From the NCBI GenBank assembly GCA_023920165.1, contig CP089276.1, forward strand, positions 1,612,001 through 1,676,000: a DNA stretch of 64,000 nt. The letters run 5' to 3'. The position numbers and the translations under genes are program-made. Positions 47,534-60,324 of this stretch are shown here, one piece after another (positions within the stretch are counted from its first letter, which is position 1; the number at the start of each line of letters is the position of its first letter). The DNA is from Curvularia clavata. Its lineage: Eukaryota. The notes under the pieces are model-generated. The model searched no databases, was not told the origin of the DNA, and saw only the letters and a program-made list of their open reading frames with translations.

Positions 47534-50500
47534 ATGGGTCGTCCAAAGAGAGGTAAATACTGCACCCACATCCTCCCCCGTCTCTGCGCCTGCACCTGCA
47601 TCTGTCCATGCTGTCGCCAGCCCAACAAACAGTAGCTAATGTTGCGCCCTCTTCGCCCATCTACAGTCCTCTCCTTCATGTCACAATGGGGTGGCGGCAT
47701 ACCAAACCACTCGCACAAAAACCCCTCTTCGGCTGGTCCCTCCCCAGGCTCCATGTCGCCCGCCGCTCCACTTTCCCCTTCTACCAGGCAACCCGCTGCC
47801 TCACCTAGTCTCGCCCAGTCTGCCACCGCCCTCGAAGCCTACAACAATGAGCGCCCACCCTCTCGGACGGCTGGCCGCGAGCGCAGCGACTCTCGAGCCT
47901 CGGTACGGCCCATGTCCATGATCCAGACATACCAGCCTCCAGTAATGGAAGTGAGCCACGACACACTGCCCGAGCTCCAGCGCATCTTCATGTTCCTCAA
48001 TAGCCATTCCAACAAGCTCTACCAGGAGGGCTACTTTCTTAAGTTTCACGATACCGATTCTCGTACGTCAACGTCTTCCTCCCATCCTGTTGACGTTTTG
48101 ATACTGACTGATGCAGGTGGCCGTCCCGCCGCAGATCGGAGATGGCAAGAATACTTTGTCCAGCTTGTAGGCACCATTCTCTCGCTGTGGGATGCCAGTG
48201 CACTCGACCAAGCTGGCGGAGAGGGTGAGGTGATACCCACCTTCATCAATCTCACAGATGCCGCTATTCACATGGTGATTTCCATTCCTATTCTTGTCCA
48301 CGCACCACATGACTAACCATAGTCAGATTCCCTCCATGACCCTCAAAGACGGCAAGAAGCTCGACAACATCCTCAGCGTGTCCACGGCTGCCAGCAACAA
48401 GTACCTCTTCCATTTCGACTCGTATCATGCCCTCACTCAGTGGACCGCCGGCATTCGCCTGGCCATGTTTGAGCACACCACACTCTCCGAGGCATACACT
48501 GGCGCATTGATTGCAGGAAAGGGCAAATCTCTCAACAACATCCGCGTGCTGCTAGACCGGCAATGCGCAAAGTACGAAGACTGGGTCCGCGTGCGCTTTG
48601 GAGCAGGTACTCCATGGCGCCGTTGCTGGTGCGTCGTGTCGCCACCGGACGAAAAAGAGTGGATGAAGTTGCAGAAGCTGCAAAAGAAGGGCAGTGCTTA
48701 CGAGCGACCGCCTGTCCTCAAAGGCGACATCAAATTCTACGACACCAAAAAAGTCACCAAGAAAACAAAGGCCATTGCCACTGTCAAGGATGCATACTCC
48801 TGCTATGCCATCTACCCACAATCGAAACCCCTCATCGACCAGTCCACCTTGGTCAAGATTGAGGGCAAGATCACGGTACACTCAACTCCGGAAAACACGA
48901 CCGAAGGCTTCGTCTTTGTTCTGCCAGAATCGCGACCCGCCATTTCGGGCTTCGAAATCATGCTCCAGTTTCTTTTCCCCGTCTTTGATACTTTCTCGCT
49001 CTACGGGCGACCCAAGAAGCTCATTGCCGACGTCCTTGACACCCGTGGATTGATGTTTGCCATGCCGTCGGACCGCCGTTACGGATACTTGGAGATGTGG
49101 GACGTTGTGGGTTTGATCAATTCCGAGGGCAGCGACAAATGGTCAGAGCGTCAGTGGAGAAAGCAGCTCAAAGACCTCACATCGACCCGCATGATGGACT
49201 CAGGCTCTGACGCAGGCTCCATTCGCAACAGGGCCAGCCGCAGGAACACGGTGGGTCGAGCCGGCTTCACTCCTCGCGGCTTACGTTTCGAGGATCATGG
49301 CTCCATTCGCTCAAGCCCATCCACGCGCCAGTCGTCACCAACAAGGAGGGCGCATCAGGATTTTGAAGTGCAAGCCCCGCGCCGCGTGGGAACTGCACCG
49401 GCTGTCGCAGACCCATCTGGCACACCGCGTCATCAACGCTCCATATCGGAGCAAGTCAACGGTCGCGGCCAAATTACGCCATCCAGATTTGTGCCTGATC
49501 AAGCATCGATCGAGGATGAGAATCCGCCCACGCCGCCTGAACATCGTATATTCAACGAGACTCCCCAGAACGGGACTCCCCAGAATGGTGCCGTACAGCC
49601 ATATGACAGCTCCGATTACGATGAAAGCCCGTCAAGGGAGCCACGCGATTTGCCATCGCTTCCCACGGACCTGGCCGCCCCGCCTCAGGGCTATGTTGAT
49701 CTCCCTCCGACCCAGGAGCATGCCGCTTACCAGAAGCCACCTATTCGACCCAATATTCCCGTAACGAAGCCGAACCCAGCTGTCGACTCTGCCACATTGC
49801 AACAGATGGCGGATGCTGTACACGCGCCATTGCAACCCGGTGTCGCTGCTTGGAGAGGCCAGGAGACTATCCACAGCAGGCGAAGTGGTGACTACGGTGA
49901 CCAGGGACAGGCCATGACCCTGGGTGTAAACTCAAGGCCGCCTCCAACAAACCAAAACTCCGGCAATCGTCTATCCACCATTCCTGCATCGCCTTACATT
50001 GAGCATTCAGAGTTCGTCGACCCCCAAAGTACTTACCAGCCGGTTGCTCCGCCTGTTCCAGAACATAGTGAGTTGCCGCAGCGGTCTGAAAGCCAAGAGC
50101 TTCCTTTCCGCCCGCATCCTGAAAACGGCAGCATCCCACGCAAACCAGTGCCAGGTCCGTCTCCCCTCGCCTCGCAAGAGGATGACACCCTCTCGACCAA
50201 AAGCTCAAGACTCGACAGTTTACAGAATGACGTGATTGACCCCGAAGCACTTGATGCTCTCAACGCGGCGCAGGCAACGTTGGCCCGTCGGCCAAGCATG
50301 TCGAGCAGTCATTACGAAGATGATGCTGTTTCTACATCCACACCAGACTACGCTAGCATTACTGAAGAGGAGTCCCGGCCTCTCCCACGCGCGCTCCCCC
50401 AAAGGCGTGAGGACCGCCCCAGGAGTGGCGTATTGACATTCGTTGGCGACCCTAACGTGAAGGGCCCTGCTGACCAAGACCCACACGGATACAAATCTAT

Positions 50501-51719
50501 ACTAGACCCAGCCCAAACACCAGCTGAGGTACCAAGCATTGACTTTGGACCAACCTATGCTTTGGACTTCAACGACAAGCGTCCGAGCACTAGCGGGACC
50601 ATGACACAGATGCTCCATGACGGGGGTGCCTCGCGGTCCAAAGAAAATCTTGCGACAATTCCAAACGAGCAAAAAAGGGCTTCGTACATTTCTGGAGCTA
50701 GTGGACCCCACTCCCCACAGGTGAACGACTCACGACAAGTGCCCTGGCAGCCGGCGATGCCCTCGACCCACCAGTCAGACAAACAAAAGCTGGACCCTCA
50801 AGATTGGGTAATGCATCGTGCTTCCATGCAGCAGCCTAAGATGTATGGGCATGGGAGGAGCAAGTCACACACGCCTCCGCCTTTCAGTCGCACTCACTCT
50901 GGAGATTGGAGCCAAGCCCAGCGTCCTGTCCAGGAGGCTACAGGAATTGTTCGCACTCCCAGTCGCCCGTTGAGCTGCGGAGCTGAAACACTACTTGAAC
51001 AACGTCCCACGACGCTGTCAGCGAGGGAACAAGAACAGGTGGCACGTATGACAAACACGCCCCTCCTTGATCTCTCACAAACCCCCAAGAAGCTGCAGAA
51101 GGAGCCTCCTTCGGGGCTGACAGGGCTTATTGACAGCCGCGAAAAGGAAAGGGCTGCTTCGAAGGCCAGCCGCCAGAGTTACTCATCGGCTATGCAGGTC
51201 GAGATCGACAGACGCATCTTGCAGAACCAGCAGCGACAAATCATGGAAGCCCAGCAGCGCCAGCAGCAGTTGATGATGCAGCAACAATTGCAGCAACAGC
51301 AGTTCGCCATAGCACAAAGCACTTATGCCCCAAGCATGATGGGAACGCCAAGCGGCATGGGAACACCAAGTGTCATGGGTGCTCCTAGCATGATGGGCAC
51401 CCCCAGTGTTATGGGCATGCCAACCGGTCCCGGAACGCCATCAAACGTATCTGTCATGGGTTACTCTACACCAAACCAGATGATGTATCAACAGCAATAT
51501 TTCCCACAACAGGCATCGACACCATACATGCAAGTTCCTGGTGCCTGGACCACACCAACGGGGCAGATGTCCCAAGGACAATACTTTCCTCAGCAGGGTC
51601 ATGGCAACATGGGCCAGCAGCAACAGGCACCGACACAGGCCTACGGTGCAAGCTTTGACCAGGCCCAAGAGGCAGCGAGGCATTCGTACCACCAGCAGCA
51701 AGGCCATTTCCGACGATGA
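47534..51719 (+). CDS. PH-domain protein of the Skg3/Caf120 family, about three introns
   Basis: Exon 1 ATG 47534 spliced to give MGRPKRVLSFMSQ; LNSHSNKLYQEGYFLK, LVGTILSLWDA, PTFINLTDA, WTAGIRLAMFE, YTGALIAGKG, VRVRFGAGTPWRRCWCVV; long low-complexity tail. Confidence 0.82.
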
Positions 51720-52486
51720 ACCAATCCCGATCCATAAAAGCAATTGAAAGCCTCTAGGCTCGATTCTAATCATAATATTCCAATTGGATAGACAGACACC
51801 ATTGATTGTATATTTTTCCCCTTCTTTTGTTTTCTTTTGTCATACATTCAGCGCATACCATCATGGTCTCAATGCATATAGGAGTTTGCGTTTGGATAGA
51901 AAATTTGCATAGGGAAACGGGAGCGGATGGGATTTACTTTGTTCCTCTTAGACTGCATCTACCTTTCCTATCGTCTCTCCTTTGTTGTCTAATATGGGCT
52001 ACTCTTGTGCTCGTTATCGAAAATACACATTATTTACTTTTTTGCATCTAGCTTATCCAATGACGTAATGGTGCATGGTGAGCTATGGACTTGAGTTTTT
52101 TTGTTCCAACCTCGCCTGGCATAGTCGATTGGAGTGAAGAGCGGAAAACAACGGAGAATATCAACAAAAGAAGGCCCTACTGCAAGCTTTATAGCACCGA
52201 GCAGTGACACTTGTGACCAAGGCTACAAGAGAGATGGTGGGGGCGGGGTCAGCATTTGAATTCGATCTACAAGCCAATACTTGCAAGATACCTCGGGACC
52301 AACGTGCGGGGCCAGAACGTGCGTGTCCCTCTTTCTCTCTCTTCTGCTGAAAAAAAAAGAGCAACCCATGGATAGCTACTGGTTTACCCCTCCATTTTGC
52401 CCAGCTTCCGGCCCGAAGGAATGCTCAGCACCTCCTCTCTAGGCACCGAAAGCGCTCCTTCCCCGTCCTGCCTCAGATTGAAACCC

Positions 52487-52798
52487 TTAAGCACTTCCAA
52501 CAACACCGCCGTGGACCAAGACGGGAGGCTCCGTGTAGTAATTCTTCAAATCATCCATAAGCTCCTTGACACCGGGATCCTGCATCCCTTTGCCAAATGC
52601 CTCGTGGCTCTCCCAATCCATGACAAGCGAGTAGAGGTAAGGTCCGTCGGCATTGAGCTCAGTCAAGACCCAGGATTTCATACCGTGCTTTTTCCAGATT
52701 TTTTCGCACAGAGGCATGTGTGAGTTAATGTAGTATTCTTTGTTGAAGGTCGAACCCTCTTTGCGTGGGTAGAGGATGATGACGTTTGCGCCGGCCAT
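52487..52798 (-). CDS. EthD-like dimeric alpha/beta-barrel protein
   Basis: 103 aa; VIILYP...FNKEYYINSHMPL...W...ELMDDLKNYYTEPPV pattern. Confidence 0.8.
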   Translation of the reverse strand: MAGANVIILYPRKEGSTFNKEYYINSHMPLCEKIWKKHGMKSWVLTELNADGPYLYSLVMDWESHEAFGKGMQDPGVKELMDDLKNYYTEPPVLVHGGVVGSA

Positions 52799-54086
52799 TG
52801 CGATTGTGATTGTGTGTGTGTATGTGTGGATTGATAGCTAGAAGAGGTTGGAACTGATGGATGTTTGTTTTTTTGGAGGATTACACTTAATCATTTATAC
52901 CTTGGTCCGTCGGTCCCACTACGTCACCCCACTTTACCCACCTTTCTTGGTGCATGACTTTCGTACAGCCATGTACCCGGTCTTACTTTGTAAGTCTTAC
53001 TTTCCGGCTGAAATCGGAGACACGGACTTATCAACACCTTGGCAGGCTTATGTCTACTCTGGACGATTAGTCGGATTACAAGACACGGGGAAATGGTTGA
53101 CCCGAGATGATGACAATCGACACCTCTGACTATGAGGATGGGACGATGGTGTGTGAGGTGTTGCCGAGGATTACGGGAAAATTGTTGACCTGGTAATGGA
53201 GAAGACAGCGGAATCGTCGACCCGAAGTAAGCACTAGCTAATGGACTTAATGCTACGGTTTATGTTATTTCCCATGATTTTCCAGTTGTTGACTATGTAC
53301 AAAGGCGATTCCACGTACCCGCGATACTTGAGAGGGAATCGCATTTGAATCCCCAAGTCAACCTATCCTGCTGGTCGTATGCCCAGTCAAACATTCGAAA
53401 GCAGGCAACTACACAGCTCTGGAACGCTACTGTTTACCAGTTTGCACTCGGTTTTATTTCATTTTATCCTGCTTTGTGGCTCGCCTGCGGCGAATGGCCC
53501 ATGATACGTATCACCAAAAAGAACGGCAGGCCGCCCTTCAGAGAAAATATTTCGTTTATGTCCTGTAGGTGTTCCATCTAAATTTACCACCAGTAATCTA
53601 CACCAAGCTAGCTTGCCTCTTCCTGGATGCCATGTCATCCCCCAGAAGAGCAAAACCAGTGCCCGTATCCAAGTATCCTTCCCATTGCCCATTCTACACA
53701 AGTACATTCGCAAGACGCCTCGTTTGTCCTTGCTTAGACAAAAACGGGCCTATGACACAAAACAGATGAACAATCCAAGTAGCATTAAACAAGACAGTTC
53801 AACTTATCTACTTCCCACAAAAATATACCACGAATAAAAACAACGTTCAAGCACCTTCAAGATGACTAAAAGAGGTGTATCTCCCTCCAAAAGACGCTGA
53901 CAATCTCAGCGCAGAAACCGGACCAACACCGTAAGAGATCTAACCAATAACAACAAGGCCATGAAAATGGCAAGGAAGAGACCAAGGCTGACATGCAGAA
54001 GACGGAATCCAACCCCCCGCTAAAAGACAGACATTAAAAGAAAGGATGAGTGCTTGGCAGATGTGAATGAAATATCAAAAGACACG

Positions 54087-56165
54087 CTAGTGCGCCCAAC
54101 TACCCCTTCTTACTGCAGCACCATGGCAAGAGCTTGTGAGCTCTTCTTCCGCCGACATGTTGGGGTGCTGCCGCGCCCACTCCTTGATATAGATGCGCAA
54201 TGCACGCCAACGCATGCAAGTCTCCTCAGTAATCTCAGTGTCCTTCAAGTTGCCGTCTTTGCCAAGTCTAATGTAGCCGCGGGACGAGGCAAGGTGGTCG
54301 TCTTGCCTCAACTCAGAAATAGGAATGTTGGAAATCTTAGAGAGCTCCTCGTCAAACGGACGAGCCATGGATGGATAACCGAGCGATAGGTAGTTGTATA
54401 CCTGAGTCACAAAGTCGTCGCCAAACTCCTCTTCGATTGATTGCTCGACAGCGAGCTTCTCATCAATTCCTGCAATGTCGGATGACCCGAATGTTGCACC
54501 CGAGCTAGACGCTGGAGGAGTGGGTGGCAGCAGACTGGTAGAAGGCGTTGGGCAAGGTGACATTGGATTTGGTTTGTCGGCATGGGGTGTCAAAAGACCA
54601 GTCGGCCCACGTGGAGACTTGTCGCCGCCGTTGACGCAGAACCCACCCCACAAGCCATGAGTACTGGAAGCGCGGCTGTTGGCATTAGACCACAGCGATG
54701 GTGTAGTGCTTGTTTGCCTTCCGTTGCCTTGGCCACACCACAGACTCTCTCCTTTCTCAGAGGCGGCTTTGGACTGCTCGGAGAGATAGCACATGGCTGT
54801 ACGGACTGCATCGCACCCTTGAGTAGGATCGAAACGCGATGGCTCAGGAGATTCGCAGCGTGGGAACTTGATGTCTTGACCAAGCATAGGAGGGCGAGCT
54901 TCCCGCCGTTGTCGCTCGAGTTCAGGATCCCTGCGTTCCTTTGCAAACTTCCTGGCCGTAGCAGCGTCGATGAAGCCTACCGGGTTACCAAAAGGATTGA
55001 AAGCAGGCTTCATGTGCTCTGTGGCCTTTGGATTCTCTTTCCGGGCATTCTGCTCTGCTTGATATTTCCGCATGGCTTCCAGCTCCCAGTTAACCACAGT
55101 AAAAGAGGGCTTTCGCTCTGGCTCTGGCTGCGGCTTGGCCTCTGTAATAGATGGCTCCGATTCTTCTGTATCACGATCTACGTAATGGCTTACTGGCTCG
55201 TGGAAATCGCTATTTGGAAATGCTGCCAATGCTTGTTCTCGAAGTTGTTTCTCGGCAGCCTTTGCAGCCAACTCTAGCAGATATCCGCCAGAAGTACCAT
55301 CGGCGCTTTCTCGTCGCCGGGTAGCTTCCTTGTACATGAAGGAGTGGTCAGGCTTGTATGGAGGAGATTCCGTGGGCGATGGCGGGCTTGATGCTTCAGA
55401 CTCTGAGGATTCAATAGGGTCCAGGTCTGGCACACGAAACGAATGCTGTGAAGAGCTGAAATATGATCGCCGCCTGCCCAGTGGTGAAGCGTTCCGTTGA
55501 ATCTCTAAGAATAGGGGATTTGATGATAAATCATATACTGGGGTGTTGACTGGTGGGGTTGGTGGTATTCCGAGTATTCGTGCTTTCCGGGCACTCATGA
55601 CTGAGTCTGGGCTCGCTTCTGTCTTGTCCTGAGGATGCAGCACAGGCTCGTCGTCACCGGCTCTGCGGTGTCTCTGAGCTGTCTCAATCAGCTGCGGCCT
55701 AAATCTCTTCACAGGGGGCTTTCTCGGTGCTGTTTCCAATGGATTGGTTTTGAATTTATCAGTTGGTGATGTTTGCTCTGCCCAGTCACGAGCAAACCTT
55801 TGACGGCTGCTTCTAGTGCTGGTTTCTATTGGCTGAGGAGCGAAGCGTCGATTTGTCCTGGTGGTGGTTTCGACAGGCTGGGGTGCAAATCTTCGGTTTC
55901 CCTTGGAACTTATGGTGGTTGTCTCAATGGGCTCAGGTACAAACCTCCGGCTCAATTTGGAGCTTGACGTCGTTGTTTCAAAAGGTTCAGGCGCAAACCT
56001 GCGCCTGGCTTTGGAACTAGAGGTCGTCGTCTCAATAGGCTGTGGCGCAAATCTTCGCGGCTTGGGTGCCTCTACATGCTCTTCCTTGGTTTTGTCCTTG
56101 GAAGATGAAACCGTGGTTTCAATGGGCTCCGGCTTGAAGCGCCTTGGGGGAGCCGCAGTTGCCAT
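54087..56165 (-). CDS. Uncharacterised 692-aa protein with N-terminal RRFxPxPIETT repeats
   Basis: Long intronless ORF; ordered-looking C-terminal region (FVTQVYNYLSLGYPSMARPFDEELSKIS...RWRALRIYIKEW) ending RRGSWAH. Confidence 0.8.
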   Translation of the reverse strand: MATAAPPRRFKPEPIETTVSSSKDKTKEEHVEAPKPRRFAPQPIETTTSSSKARRRFAPEPFETTTSSSKLSRRFVPEPIETTTISSKGNRRFAPQPVETTTRTNRRFAPQPIETSTRSSRQRFARDWAEQTSPTDKFKTNPLETAPRKPPVKRFRPQLIETAQRHRRAGDDEPVLHPQDKTEASPDSVMSARKARILGIPPTPPVNTPVYDLSSNPLFLEIQRNASPLGRRRSYFSSSQHSFRVPDLDPIESSESEASSPPSPTESPPYKPDHSFMYKEATRRRESADGTSGGYLLELAAKAAEKQLREQALAAFPNSDFHEPVSHYVDRDTEESEPSITEAKPQPEPERKPSFTVVNWELEAMRKYQAEQNARKENPKATEHMKPAFNPFGNPVGFIDAATARKFAKERRDPELERQRREARPPMLGQDIKFPRCESPEPSRFDPTQGCDAVRTAMCYLSEQSKAASEKGESLWCGQGNGRQTSTTPSLWSNANSRASSTHGLWGGFCVNGGDKSPRGPTGLLTPHADKPNPMSPCPTPSTSLLPPTPPASSSGATFGSSDIAGIDEKLAVEQSIEEEFGDDFVTQVYNYLSLGYPSMARPFDEELSKISNIPISELRQDDHLASSRGYIRLGKDGNLKDTEITEETCMRWRALRIYIKEWARQHPNMSAEEELTSSCHGAAVRRGSWAH

Positions 56166-58212
56166 TTTACTAGCGTGGTCTAAGTCCGGGCAAATGGCCT
56201 TTTATCCTTTCCCTGTGTAGAATATAGTTTATGTACTGCTGGTAGTAGACTGCCAATAACAGCAAGACGATACGGGCGTCCGGATAGACTAACAACGAAT
56301 GGATGTGTATCTCTGTTGCGGATGCGCACGCGAGCGGGGAAATGGGTCGGGATTTTCCGGGAGCATGCAGATGCGTATGATGGATGTTGGGGAAGACGAT
56401 CAAGTCCTTTGTGTTGGGAGTTTCAGATGCAAGCACATGCAAGCCCAGCGGCCCTCGGGTGGTGGCAGCGTTTCCAGGTGCAGCAGGAGGCAATACGTCT
56501 TGTGATTATGGTTTTGTACCCGGCGCTCGGCTCGTGGGTAGTGTAGAGTTCAAGGGTATGCGTGTAGACTTGGGAAACGTCAGTCGCGTGCACATGGGTG
56601 TTGGTGGAGGATGCATGTGATAGACTCACCGTACCCCGTACCTCAATTCCCACACGGCCAGGGGTTTGTCAAAGTGCGAAAAGCGTGAGGCGGAGGCTCT
56701 GGCGGGCAACATGTGAAATGGTACAGCGCCGAGTCGAAGGTTAGGGGTGGTGGTGATGGTGGCCGCGGTGCAGGATGACGTATGGAGGGTGGAGCGAGTC
56801 GTGGTGGCAGTCCGACGACCGCGCGGGGGTTCGCGAATTTTGCTGGACTGGAGAGGATTGACGGCCGGGGCGTGGAGTGGAGGATATATGAGGGCAGCGG
56901 TACTACGGCAGTGCTAGGACCCTGGGCAAGTGGAGGAGGCGCGTCGAATTGACGAGATGGTGATTCCTGTTGGGTCCAGAAGAGCGCTCCGACCAAGTCT
57001 CGACCGTTGCGCCTCCTCTTCATGCCCGATAGCAGGCGATGGCGCTGCGATAAATTTGGTATATCAATGCACGCTGCACTGTCGCTCACAGCACTACCAC
57101 GTCGCCGTCGCACTCTTTGCGGCTTTTGCAGCCCTTTCAGCCCCGTCCCAAAAAAGCAAGCCCAGCGCCCCAGCGGTCCGGCCGTGTCGTCTACCCGATA
57201 GCAGCCCACAGAGTGCTGGCTGTGGGCGTATCGTGCTGGCGAGTCAGCTCAACAGTCAGCTCGCTCGACGTCTCCCGGCGCCCCAATTCGTCTAGCACTG
57301 CGCGCCGCGCAGACGGAGAACAGCCGTGTGGGTCGCTGGCTCGGCCAGGCAATTCCATGTCGACAACGAGGCCATGGGTCGGGGTGACATTGGTGACTGG
57401 GGGATCGACAGATGACATTGCTGCAACTGCAGTTGGCCCATCTCCACGACGCCACGCCCTCCCACGAATGACCGCTGGGCCTCACATGCCCGCCAGACCT
57501 CATGGGCATGCCGCCAGAGAAAGTCGTCGCCAAGCACGCGTCATGGTGCGTGGACTCGACTAAGTTGCTCTCAATGCTCATGCCAGCATCGGAAGACGTC
57601 TCACCAGCTCACGCAACGCACGGGCAGATTCTTTGTCCACGATAGTATATACACGCTGGCAGCCGCAAGAAAAAATGCCTCTAAACGCTCGCAGGGCGAT
57701 CAGAGCATCCGCGGCCGCCCAGGGGACAAATGCATGCTTCCGCCGCCCAGGACGGCTGTCCATGCCGTCAGGGAGCCCAAGCCACGGTTACAGCATTATA
57801 ACGACATTAGGCGCGGCATCCAATGGGCCTTTCGGGAAAAGTCGGAGCCCTCAAGCGACATCCACAGCCCAGCAACATCCACATTGCCCTACCGGGTGTG
57901 ACATCTACAACGGGACATTCCTCCCCCTGTTGCATCTGCTTACAGCTCCCGCCAGCCCTGTCACAACCATTTCCATTATATTAGTATCGCATGCAGTCAT
58001 CCCGTCTTTCCAGAACTCGTCCTTCTTGCGCGCAACCTCACGTGCCCTCTTTCCTTTGCACAACTTGGAAAACCGGGTGTCAATTTGTACTAAGAAATAC
58101 AAGCAAATTCCATACCAAGCTTCGACCCAAACGTTTAGGCGACGCGGCTAGCTATTCCCCGAAAGAAGCAATGCCGAAGAAATAACAAACTCCCTGAAAT
58201 ACCAAACTCGGT

Positions 58213-58914
58213 TCAGCCATGACCTAACACGCTGCGAAAACTGGGCGGTGAAACATTTCTATATGCAGGGGCGTACTCTCTTGCCAGCTGTTCCATCATG
58301 TACGATAACCGAGAACGATCCGGGACAACCAGATGGGATGCCGGGTCCCCTCTACAGTCCTCATATTGCGGACTGAGCCGCAATGGCGTTTGCAGAAAAT
58401 AATATTCAATAGGCAATGGAGAGGCTACCGGCATGATTATCCATGGAATGGGCGAAAGGCTGCGAGCGCTTCCATTTGTAGGAACTGGCGTATGGTTCCC
58501 CGACGAATTTGGCTCCACCACCGTGCTGAGAGACGTATCCTCAGACTCCTCCTGGGACGATGACAACTGGAGGCCCGTGCCATCCGAAGCGGCTGTGCGG
58601 GAACTCAGCAGCGATGTGCTAAGATCTTCAGATTCTTGACTATCTTCATTCTGCGTCTCTGAATCTGAAGGCACGTTCTCATCGTCGCCAACGGCTGTCT
58701 CCTCGTCACTCTCGGCCCCACCACCCTTCTCTTTCTTACAGCCATACCCGCAGTCATATCCACAGTTCCTCGCATTGTACTGAGGCGGCCTGTCCGGGTC
58801 CGGAGACAGTGTCCTCATGTTCGTTTGATTGGGCAAATCGTTGCCTTCTTCCCGCTCATACATGACGGGCGAATGCAGCAAGTCCGTGACTAGCGCCATG
58901 TCAGCATCAATCAT
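58213..58914 (-). CDS. Hypothetical acidic Ser/Glu-rich protein; start uncertain
   Basis: 233-aa ORF, no recognisable domain; GTAAGT donor at 58980 suggests an upstream intron. Confidence 0.4.
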   Translation of the reverse strand: MIDADMALVTDLLHSPVMYEREEGNDLPNQTNMRTLSPDPDRPPQYNARNCGYDCGYGCKKEKGGGAESDEETAVGDDENVPSDSETQNEDSQESEDLSTSLLSSRTAASDGTGLQLSSSQEESEDTSLSTVVEPNSSGNHTPVPTNGSARSLSPIPWIIMPVASPLPIEYYFLQTPLRLSPQYEDCRGDPASHLVVPDRSRLSYMMEQLAREYAPAYRNVSPPSFRSVLGHG

Positions 58915-60324
58915 TCACAAAAGGCACCTATACGGCAATTGCACACAAGTCACATCCACTCAAAGGAAGACACGACTTACCTAGACAGCTAGGGTATAAA
59001 CAAGCATAAACATGGACCAAGGTATATATGCAATGATGCTTGCAAAAAGCTACAAGATGAAAAAAGCAATGGCTCCAAGATGGCAGGGATGTTACAAGCT
59101 AATGTTACAGGGTGGGCTCTTCCGCAAAGTTCGGCTGCGAAAAAGAGAATACAAAAACACAATTGCAGCGAAACATAGCGCCCTTAAAACCTTCCGTGTG
59201 AGCAAGGGGATCATCCCCCATTAGCCGTCAAAGACGACTTCATTGACGGCAGCACTCGTAGTCGCCACCATAGACAAACGACACGTCGCTTTTCCCCTCA
59301 CCAGTGTCAAGTGATTCACCGGGAAGGGCTTTTGGCAACCTATCAGTGGATGGTCCCCTCAATATCATCTCAATCAGCAACGTCACAAGCAGGGCCAAAA
59401 CAACTTGCTTCTCTTCTCTTCTCTTGCCCTCTTCTGTCAAGTCCACCTACACTTCAGCTCCGTTGTCGGCGAGAGTATCTTCCCTCTATTCGAATCGTGA
59501 GTAGCCTGCACTACCCACAGGGTAGAGGCTACATCAGGAAATGCTGGCCGAAGGTAAGCGGTCAGGCCAGCCAGCCCAGCTCCTGAAATCGGTGCCATTG
59601 ATGTCTCAGAAACCTATGATCTTGTCGCGTCCGTATCGTGTCAACGCTTATTCGAGCTGACCGGTGGTTGCCTTGTTTGCCTACAAACTGAGCGGGGTAA
59701 ACGTCCTGTCGGTCACCACATGCGTGCACTTCCTTCGCTCCAATGACAGGGGCACTGTTACCTTTCCTTTGAGCAGCATTGGCTGCCTCGTTTTCGAAGA
59801 ACGTTATGTGCTGCTAAAAGCATGTCAAGAAATGGTCTAAGTTTATGTGATGGAGCGGCATACTCATGCTAAGATCATCACGTGATTGATTTTATATGCC
59901 GTCCTCCCTACTCCGCACCAATGACATCGCAGTAAGGTAACTGTGCTTGTTTGTCTTGTAGAACTTGGATCACCGCTTGTATCCGATTCCGCTGCTCAGC
60001 CGAAGTCATGGCACCACTATGATGGAGGCACTCCGATTGATCTATTTTTGAACTTTTTTTGGGGGTTGCTTGGTTTCTCTTTCCAATCGTTCTCCTATCC
60101 TTCTTTCCTCTTCGCCCTTCTGACTCTCTATCATGCAGGTCACATGTAGAACGAGGTATGTCTCTCCCTCAAAACAGCTGCGTCCCCCAAAACTTCCTAC
60201 CATTCAAAATAAACACGAAGGATATCTCCCGAGGTTTTATTTACCACGCCACGAAACTTATTCGCACGCTCACAACAACTGCCACCTGTTAAAAAGCCCT
60301 TCTCTCCATCCGAAGCCCGTTCTC

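Noticed and set aside
56300..58185. Several 100-190 aa ORFs upstream of the repeat protein
   Set aside because: No motifs; more likely a long 5' UTR (possible intron ~56213-56628) and promoter.
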